Of a stretch of 64,000 nucleotides of DNA, positions 39,301 to 50,004 are shown piece by piece. The DNA lies in assembly GCF_006345805.1 (NCBI RefSeq), contig NC_043018.1, positions 27,156,001-27,220,000 of the forward strand, given 5' to 3'. Each line of letters begins with the position of its first letter. The stretch's first letter is position 1. Source of the stretch: Octopus sinensis (Eukaryota). The position numbers were made by a program, and so were the translations under genes. The notes under the pieces were generated by a model. It was not told the DNA's origin. It saw only the letters and a program-made list of their open reading frames with translations, and searched no databases.

Positions 39301-40219
39301 TGAAGAATATAATAAAATAACTTTGTTATTATTAAGCTAGTATGTGGTATATTAACTAACATGATATTTTGACTGAAAGTTTTCAAAATGATGTCACTTT
39401 TGTTACCATATTCCTCTTGGAATATATTTCTTTTGTTGCAATTAATTTTCAAAATACTCAACAAATTAGTAAAATAATTATACCAAGTGAAGTGTTCTTT
39501 AGCCTCCAAATCCTTTTTTGGATTGGTTAGCTTCTTGGTATCCTTCTGGCATCGAGACTAATGACTAACCTATGCTGAGGGGTATATTCTTCACCCGGTA
39601 GGGTCTGTGTATTTAAGAGCAACCCTGCGTCCCACTGTCTGGTGAGGATGAAATCAATCTGGCTAGCGGAGTCCCCCGATTGATAGGTTATAAGGTGGCT
39701 GTCTGGCTTCCTGAAGTTAGTGTTGCAGATTAAAAGGTTACATGCATTACAGAACTCCAGTAGCCTGGTTCCCTCATCATTTCGGGTGCCAATACCATGG
39801 CCAACGTGTACCCCAGTGAAGATACCTGCTTTCCGCTCGACATGCCCATTAAAGTCTCCAGTCACAAAGATGAGGTCATTGCCGCTCGTCTTTGAGGTAG
39901 CCTGTGGAAGGGTGTCATAAAAGTGGTCCTTCTGATCATTTGGTAGTCCCGCATGTGTGGCGTAGGCGGAGATGATAGTAGCTGTGCTATTCTGCAGGAC
40001 TAGCTTCAGCTTAAGTACTCTATCACATACCCTATCAACCTCTATAACCTTATCCACCCAGGAGTGGCTGTGTGGTAAGTAGCTTGCCAACCAACCACAT
40101 GGTTCCAGGTTCAGTCCCACTGCGTGGCATCTTGGGCAAGTGTCTTCTGCTATAGCCCCGGGCCGACCAATGACTTGTGAGTGGATTTGGTAGACGGAAA
40201 CTGAAAGAAGCCTGTCATA

Positions 40220-40264
<45 letters not shown>

Positions 40265-43200
40265 TTGTCCCCCTAGCATTGCTTGACAACCAATGCTGGT
40301 GTGTTTACGTCCCCGTCACTTAGCGGTTCAGCAAAAGAGACCGATAAAATAAACCTTGCACTGTCATTCTAAAAATAAACAATTACATCTTTCAAATCTT
40401 GAAGCTACAAGATAATACCAGATTAATTTTTTTAAATGTAAATGAATAAAGATTACTTTTGACATATTAATTCGAATGCTAAAGGGTAAAAACAGGGAAT
40501 TTGTATTATAGAATCAGATGGACTATATTAACCCTTTCGTTACTGTATTCATTTGGAGATGCTCTGTGTTTCTTTCATTTACTTTAAATATAACAAAGAA
40601 TGTAGTAAAATAACTTAGTTATCTTTAAGCTACTGTTAGGAACATAAATTGTGACTAAGGTTTGGTGGAAGATTTTTAATTCAAAACTTATGAAAACAAG
40701 ACGCTTGTACTACAGAGCCAGAGGCAGTTTCAGGTGGGTTGGTATCAAAAGGGTTAAGAATTGTTTCTCTATTATATATTTTAACCCTTTTGTTACCATG
40801 TTTCTGTTTGTGTTTCTTTCAATTAATTTTAAATATAACAAATAATTTAGTAAAATAACTTAGTTATCATTAAGCTACTGTTAGGAACATAAATTGTGAC
40901 TAAGGTTTGGAGGAAAGAATGAAAACCCGGGTTCCCCCAAGACACCTGATGAAGGCTGGAGGGTATATCAACCAAAACGGTTGGAAGATTTTAATTCAAA
41001 ACTTATGAAAACAAGATATTTGTACTACAGAGCCAGAGGTGGTTTCATCCGAGTTGGTAACAAAAGTGTTAAGAGGATTGGTATCAAAAGGTTAATAACT
41101 CTGTAGGTTTCCTGCTTTGGTTAAATTTACCCTCCCCTCAGAATCTATGTTAAAGAATTTGTATGTTTCTCTAAAACAATGCTACAAGTAAACTAATCTA
41201 CATTTTTGTCTTCCATTGTTTCTGCTATATTCCAGATTATTCTTTGTTGGTGGTCGAGAAAACCATATGCCGAAAGTTATGAGTTTCGTTTCTATCAACA
41301 ACCTCACACCTATGCCCGCTGTTTTATTTATGGTTAGTATTTGTTGTTTTATGGTGGCAGTGGCGTTGGCGGCAGCGTCGGTGTCTGCGTAGTACAAGCT
41401 GTGGTCATTGTATTAGCAAAATTCTGTAAAAACATGTCTGGTCATAGGGAAAGATTAACTTGCTTGGAAATAGGGGACAGTTTCTATTCTCAAGTTGCAT
41501 TGACAATCTTTGCCTTCCTCTCTCTCTCAATCAGAAATAGAGAAAACTGGTGATTGATCTATTTATAACCTATAACCAATAACTTATGTATTAACAAAAT
41601 GAATGCGCGGGCATGGCTGTGTGGTTAGGGAGCTTGCTTCCTAGCTACATGGTCTCGGGTTCAGTCCCACTGCGTGGCACTTTGGGTAGGTGTCTTCCGC
41701 TATAGCCCCGAGTCGACCGAAGCTTTGTGATTGAATTCGGTAGGCGGGAGTTACTGCCTGGTGTGTATGTGTGCGTATAGCTGCTCAGTGCCTCTCCGAA
41801 AGAGACAGAGGGAATGTTAGAAGACCATTGATCAACATTATATTTCTCTTTCAAAAATATTATATTTTAATTATATTTTAATAGTATATTTTAATTAATT
41901 AGGCATAGGAGTGGGTGTGTGGTAAGTAGCTTGCTTACCAACCACATGGTTCTGGGTTCAGTCCCACTGCGTGGTACCTTGGGCAAGTGTCTTCTACTAT
42001 AAGCCTTGGGCTGACCAAAGCCTTGTGACTGGATTTGGTAGACGGAAACTGAAAGAAGCCCGTTGTATATATGTTACATGTATGTATATATATATATGTG
42101 TGTGTGTGTGTGTATGTTTGTGTGTCTGTGTTTGTCCCCCCAATATTGCTGGTGTGTTTACGTCTCCGTAACTTAGCGGTTCGGCAAAATAGACCAATTG
42201 AATAAGTACTAGGCTTACAAAGAATAAGTCCTGGGGTCGATTTGCTCGACTAAAGGTGGTGCTCCGGCATGGCCACAGAAACACATACATAGCATATGTG
42301 TTTTCTTTTGATGCTTAGTTACTGTGGAATAGCATTTGGAGAAAGCTCCCAATGCGATGCCTTGGAGTCGTCTCACCTGGTCTTGGACATTTGGTATTCT
42401 GTAATACTCAGCATCATGCTATTCTGCAGTAATTGAGCGTATAAACAAAACATATACACTATGAATGTACAACTGATAATATTTTAATTATTTTAATATC
42501 CTTTACATAATTATGCAATTTCCTCTCTCTGCATCTATAATAAGTGTGCATATGTTAAATTACTATAAAATAGGGCTTAAATCTGTATTTTATAGAATTA
42601 ATTATGTGTACAATTAATTAGTGTAATTATATTTCACTCATATCTGCTTTAACTGAGATTGAAAATATTTCTTTTGATTAAAATTTGTGTGCGCATATGT
42701 TATAAATGACTGTGCATAGTTGCACTTGTACATATTTACATGTTCGTCTAAATCTCGTGTGCGTGTGCATGCATGCATATTTAGATATTTGTGTATTCGT
42801 ATTTCTAAATTCCTGTATGCATATGGACGTGAACAGTATCTAAATCTATGTGTCTGTGCATTTGTGCATCTCTAGTTAAACATGTAAAATCTGTGTGTGC
42901 ATACACATGCAAATCTATACATAAGACCACATGTAGCTCCGGGCATGTGTATATGTCAACATGGATATTTGTATGTGCCCGTATGCATGTGTGTATATGT
43001 AAATTTGTGTGTGTGTATATGCACAATCATGGCTGTGTGGTTAAGAATCATTCTTCCCAACCACATGGTTCCAGGTTCAGCCCTACTACAAAGCACCTTG
43101 AGCAGGTGTTTTCTACTATAGCCCTGCACTGACCAAAGCCTGGGGAGTGGATTTGATAGACAGAAACTGAAGGAAGCTCATTTTGTTTGCATGTATTAGG

Positions 43201-43267
43201 CAGTGAAGACAAAAGAAGAAATGGGAAGAGATTTCAGCAAAGGTACACACATACACATGTGTGTGTG

Positions 43268-43307
<40 letters not shown>

Positions 43308-45812
43308 GGGTTAGTTAGGGTTAGGGTTGGGGGTGGGGGGAAGGGTATCTTTTTTTCTTCACAAATGTAAATAAACCCAATCTGTTTCTTAAACGAGGGA
43401 CATATTCATACGGCACAATGTTGTTTTTACCTCAATAGACGTCAGTGATTTGTTGAAATTGCAGAAATTGAAGAAAAAAAACAACAAATATCTTACAAAC
43501 TATAGAATTTTCTCAATAAAGCCAAGAGAAAAAGATGTTTTATAAACACATTCTACAAGTATACGAAGTTTAAAATTTTTTAGTTTCCTAGAAATTATGT
43601 TAAAATCTGCCGTTTAAACTGAAAAGATCCACAAAGTATTTTATGTTGCTCTAAATATTCCTCTTTTCCTCTTCTTTCCATCACCACCACCACCACTGTT
43701 GCTGCTGCTACCATCCCCAGGGTCTCTTGTCCCTGTTTTATCTGGTATCATCTGATATGTATGCTCTCATCAACTACGTGTCGTTCGTGAACTGGGGTGC
43801 CATCGGTCTGTCAGTCTTCTCTGTACTCTACTTCCGTTACACTCGTCCTGAGTTACCCAGACCAATCAAGGTTAGTTCATTCGTTTCTTATTGTCCTCAT
43901 TAACCATTTACCATTCAGACTAATTAGTCTCCGAGATGTAATGCTTACTTATTCACATTGTTTTAAACTAATCATGCATTATCTCTTTGACTTTGAGATT
44001 TCAGTTATGTGATTATTTATTTTTAGAATGATATTGTAGGGTAGGTGTGAGAGGCTGGATCTGGTAGGTTTGAACATAAAACTATAAAAATATCTGGGTT
44101 AGATATGACTTTAGCATTCAGATTACTCTGTCAAATGTAATGCTTATTTATTCACCTGCGTTGCCTTACTGGCACCTGTGCTGGTGGCATGTAAAAACAC
44201 ATTCGAGCGAGGTCCTTGCCAGTGCCGCTGGACTGACTTCTGTGCAGGTGGCACATTAAAAGTACCATTTGAGCATGGCCATTGCCAGTACCGCCAGACT
44301 GGCCATCGTGCTGGTGGCACGTAAAAGCACCCACTACACTCTCGGAGTGGTTGGCGCTAGGAAGGGCATGCAGCTGTAGAACTCTGCTAGATCAGATTGG
44401 AGTCTGGTGCTGCCAGACTGGCCCTCGTGCTGGTGGCACGTAAAAAGCACCCACTACACTCTCGGAGTGGTTGGCGCTAGGAAGGGCATGCAGCTGTAGA
44501 AACTCTGCCAGATCAAGATTGGAGTCTGGTGCAGCCATCTGGTTCACCAGTCCTCAATCAAATCGTCCAACCCACGCTAGCATGGAAAGCGGACGTTAAA
44601 CGATGATGATGATGGATGGTTTGAATTTATCATGCTTTATCTCTGAGTTTCAAGATTTCGATGAGCAATAAGCCAATGTATCTATCATAAATTAATTCAT
44701 GTTAATTTATGATAGATACAGCAGCTGATTTCCTCCACTTAGTGATATGCCTAGGTTCGGTTATTTGTAGAAGTATAATAATGATAATAATATTAATAAT
44801 AATAATAATAACAATAACAACAACAACAACAACGATAATGACAAGATTAGTAAATATAAAGACCTGCTAATGGAAATTGAAAAAATGTGGATCTCAAGAC
44901 GACTACAGTACCAGTGATTGTAGGATCTCTAGGAATGATAAAAAAAAGGTACTGAAACCTATTTGAAAATGATTCCAGGCTTACCATCCCTACAGGAAGT
45001 GCAAAAAATCGTATTAACTGGAACGGCTCATGTACTGAGAAGAGCACTATCGTTGTGAAAATAACATCCATCCATGAATTTATTTATTTATTAATTTTTA
45101 AATACATATTTTATCTATGAATTTGGGCGTGTAATCTGGGAATGCATACAATGCCCTTCTCTGCCCTAGGTGTATGGAAAACACTCGGCGAGAAATGGAA
45201 GAAAATTTGAAGAAAGAAGGAAAAAAACATAATAATAATAATAATAATGCCTTGATGCAGTACCAGGCAGTGGCTCTCATGGCTTCTGATCTTAACTGAT
45301 TGGAAGTGTTATCATGTACATTGTTTTGTCTTGGTATAAAAGATGGGCTACAGCAAATATTCTGCTCAATACCACAGATTTGCTTGTCAGCTTTTTGACC
45401 TTAATCAGTTGAGCATGTCCCTTAGTAGCTGATGATATGTGCATCTCTGATGACAAGCAGAAGTAGTGGGGGAGCATCATAGCCATGTGTTGAAAGGAAT
45501 TCTTAGGGGTTTGGATAATTCACCTTTGGAAACATGCTTAACATCCTCAACAATCCTTAAACATCCTTAGACAATCCTTATTTAGGGACCTTTTGAGCAG
45601 GATGGGTTACTCGACCAGAAGGAAATTCTAACTGGGCCCCACCTGCAGGGTCATGCGTTGTTTATCTTGATATGAGATCACCATGTTGCACACATGGTTG
45701 TGATGCATGTACCTGGTGTGCCCTTATCAGACGGGTAGTCATGATGGGTATACTGGGGTTCGTATATTTTACCCCAGTGTCACTTTGATGGCATGCACTG
45801 CTCTCTCGCTCA

Positions 45813-45843
<31 letters not shown>

Positions 45844-48800
45844 TAATAATAATATAATAATGATGATGATATAATAATAATAATAATAATATAATAATAA
45901 TAACGACGACGACAACAACAACAAAAATGATGATTCTTGTAGCTAGCGTGTATATCGTTCCCTTTTTTTATTTTATAGATAGTAGGTTGTGTTATGAGGT
46001 AATTGACTGCTATTTCTAGAAGCTTCTTCCTTGACTCATTACGGGGCACCAAAAAGATTAAACGTGAGCTGATCACTAAAATGTGTCTAATTTTAATAAT
46101 GTCTTAATAATTTCTTGAATCTATGTTGAGCTAATAATATGATTAATGACATACCCTGACATCCTATACGGTTTTTTATATTTTCATTCTAGGTCGCTCT
46201 GATCTGGCCCATCATCTATACTATTGGTTCCATCCTTCTCATCATTTTACCAATATATGCCAAACCAGTTGAAACGGGTAAGTGGATTTTGTTCTGGGGA
46301 AAAGTTACATGGGTGTGGGTGTGTGTGTATTCTTGTATTCTTTTATTTGTTTCAGTCATTTGACTGCAGCCATGCTGGAGCACCACCCATAGTTGAACAA
46401 ATTGACCCCAGAACTTATTCTTTGTAAACCTAGTACTTATTCCATTGATCCCTTTTGCCGAACTGCTAAGTTACGGGGACATAATCACACCAGCATTGGT
46501 TGTCAAGCGATGGTGGGGTGATAAACACACACACACACACACATGCACACACATACATACAAATAAATAAAATATAAATTAGAGATAAAACCACTATTAT
46601 ATATATATATATATATAATAATGTTCGTCCTTCGGGTTCGAAGATGACCACTGACATCATCTGGTGGAACTGCCGCCATGAGACCGGAGGTGGCTGGTGA
46701 GGCCAATCCGGGCAAGGAAGCCCCTCCCACAGGTGGGTAGGGGCCGTGCTACTGGTGCAGGCGGCTCTGGCTTTCCGCATCTGGCGTTTCTGCTCTGCTG
46801 ACCCTGCTCCTGTGGTGATTGCGCTGCGCCAGGATGAGCGGTCGGCAGCAAGTGTCTCCCAGGTCTCTGTGCCGATGGAGAAGTCTTTGAGAGAGACCTT
46901 GAGACTGTCCTTGAAGCGCTTCTTCTGCCCTCCGACTTTGCGTTTGCCCTGGCTGAGTTCACCGTAGAAGAGCTGTATATATATATATATATACGATGGA
47001 CATCTTTCAGTTTCCTTCTACCAAATCCACTCACAAGGCTTTGGTCGGCCTGAGGCTAGAGTAGAAGACTGAGACTGAACCCAGAACAATGTAGTTGGTA
47101 AGCAAGCTTTTTACCACACAGCCAGGGTGGCTTGTTAGCAATTAGAACCTAAAGGCAGAATTAATTTAGGTCACAGAAGTGAGAGAGGTTACTGACGAGC
47201 ACTGCTTTCGCTAAAAGTAAGAGCTAAAACAACTCAAAGCCACAAACCCACTGTCTTAAGTGTGTGCTAGTCAGTACCCTCTCTCAGTACTGTCCCTCAC
47301 TTTTGTAACCCCTTTTATATATATCCGAACATGGCCGTTGCCAGCTCCGCCCCGACTGGCTTCCGTGCCGGTGGCACGTAAAATGCACTATCCGATTGTG
47401 GCCGTTGCCATTCTCGTCTGGTCCCCGTGCAGGTGGCATGTAAAAAGCACCCGCTACACTCACGGAATGGTTGGCGTTAGGAAGGGCATCCAGCCGTAGA
47501 AACACTGCCAGATCAGACTAGGCCTGGCACAGCCTTCTGACTTCCCAGACCCCAGTTGAACCGTCCAAACCATGCTAGCATGGAAAACGGACGTTAAATG
47601 ATGATGATGATGATATATAGGTACAGTTTTACATATGTACATTCATACACATTCCATTGTATTTATGCAGATTGTCATATAAACATACATTTACACATCA
47701 TCCATCATATATACACACTCTGTCATAGACAAACATTTATAGCCATTTCCATACATCTATACACACTGTCATACATACATCATTATCATCATAATCATTT
47801 AAGATCCATTGTTGATACTGGCATGGGTTGGATAGTTTGACCACGGCTGGTAAGCTGGAGGGCTGCACCAGACTCCAGTCTGATTTTGGCATGGTTTTCT
47901 ATGGCTGGATGCCCTTCTTTACATCAACCATTCTGAGAGTGTAATGGGTGCTTTTATGTGCCACAGACACAGGTGCCATTTGCGTGACACCAATATCTGC
48001 CACGACTGTGATTTTACTTGGTTTGATGGGTTTTCTGGTCAAGTACAACATTATGCCAAAGGTCTTGGTTATTCATCATTGCCTCCGTGAAGCCCAACAC
48101 TTGAAAGAAACTTAGTCACTTTGCTTCCATGAGGCCCAGCTCTTGAAAGGAACTCAACCCCTTTGCCTCTGTGAGGCCCAAAGATTGAAAGGAACTCAAC
48201 TCCTTTGCCTCCTTGAGGCCCAACACTCAAAAGGAACTGAGCCACTTTGCCTCTGTGAGGCCCAGCACTTGAAAGGATCTCAGCCAATTTGCCTCTATGA
48301 GGCCCAGCACTTGAAAGGAACTCAGCCAATTTGCCTCCATGAGGCCCAGCACTTGAAAGGAACTCAGCCAATTTGCTTCCATGAGGCCCAGCGCTTGAAA
48401 GGAACTCAACCCCTTTGCCTCTGTGAGGCCCAACATTCGAAAGGAACTCAACCCCTTTGCCTCCATGAGGTCCAGTACTCAAAAGGAACTCAGCCACTAA
48501 ATACATATATCTATAAACATTCCATCATGTGTATATACATCTATACACACTACACCATATATATGCACACTTATACACCCTCTGTCTTATATATATATGT
48601 CCATACATTAACCTAACTGTCCGATTATTCTATATTCCAGGAATTGGTATCCTCATCATTGCAAGTGGTATTCCTGTGTACGTGGTTTTTGTTGCTTGGA
48701 AGAGTAAACCGAAGTTCCTGACAAATGCCATAGGTATTGTTCCTCTCTTTTTGTCTACTGTTATTCTCTGGTATACATGTTGACGCTGTATATAGTGCAG

Positions 48801-49705
48801 ACATGTAGTGTAAACATTCAAATATCATCCGAACGTGGCCGTTGCTAGTGCCGCCCTGACTGGCTTCCGTGCAAGTGGCACGTAAAAAGCACCATCCGAT
48901 CGTGGCCGTTTGTCAGCCTCGCCTGGCCTCCATGCCGGTGGCATGTAAAAAGCACCATCCGACCGTGGCCGTTTGCCAGACTTGTCTGGCACCTGTGCAG
49001 GTGGCACGTAAAAAGCACCCACTACACTCATGGAGTGCTTGGCGTTAGGAAGGGCATCCAGCTGTAGAAACATTGCTAGATCAGACTGGGCCTGGTGCAG
49101 CCTTCTGGTTTCCCAGACCCCAGTTGCACCGTCCAACCCATGCCAGCATGGAAAGCGGACGCTAAACGATGATGATGATGATGATGATGATGATCACTGT
49201 CTTTTCATATCATGCTGCATTTCACATGGAATTTTTTGGTCCTCCAAAGTCGTCTTGGTGTAAAAGTCGACTATCTCTGGCTGGAAACTTTTACTTGAAA
49301 TATTCGATCTGTATGACTTTGTACCAAAATTTGAAACCATTATTATTAAGGCGGCAAGCTCGCAGAATGGTTAGCATGCCAGGCAAAAAGCTTAGCAGCA
49401 TTTCGTTCAACTTTACGTCCCGAGTTCAAATTCCACCGAGGTCGACTTTACCTTTCATCCTTCCAGGGCCAATAAAATAACTACCAGTTGAGTGCTGGGA
49501 TCGATGTAATCAACTTAGCCTGCATCCTGAAACTGCTGGCCTTGTGCCAAAATTTGGAAACCAATATTTATATATTCATAAGCTGGCAGAATCATTAGCA
49601 TTTCGTCTGTCTTTACGTTCTGAGTTCAAATTCCATTGAGGTCTACTTAGCCTTTCATTATCATCATCATCATCATTATTATTATTGTTGTTGTTGTTAT
49701 TGTTA

Positions 49706-49743
<38 letters not shown>

Positions 49744-49973
49744 GTTATTGTTAAGGCAATGAAAATTGTTAGCACGCTGGGCAAAATGCTTAGCAGTATT
49801 TCATCTGTCTTCACGTTCTTAGTTCAAATTCCACTGAGGTCGACTTTGCCTTTCATCCTTTTGGGAGCCGATAAATTTAGTACCAGTGAAACACTGGTGG
49901 GGTTCGATGTAATCGACTAGTCCCATCCCATAATATGGCTGCCCTTGTGGCAAAATTTGAAACCACCATCATC

Positions 49974-50004
<31 letters not shown>

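Noticed and set aside
43637-43720. In-frame His/Cys extension of exon 8 (HHHHHCCCC)
   Set aside because: The only upstream AG gives an in-frame TAA before the tract; it is intronic triplet repeat
47185-47225. Hammerhead at CTGACGAGC
   Set aside because: GAAA replaced by TAAA and no stems I or III
48069-48616. 14-aa repeat proteins (GPHGGK.. / KGTQPLCL..)
   Set aside because: 42-bp minisatellite open on both strands; no exon signals fitting the gene
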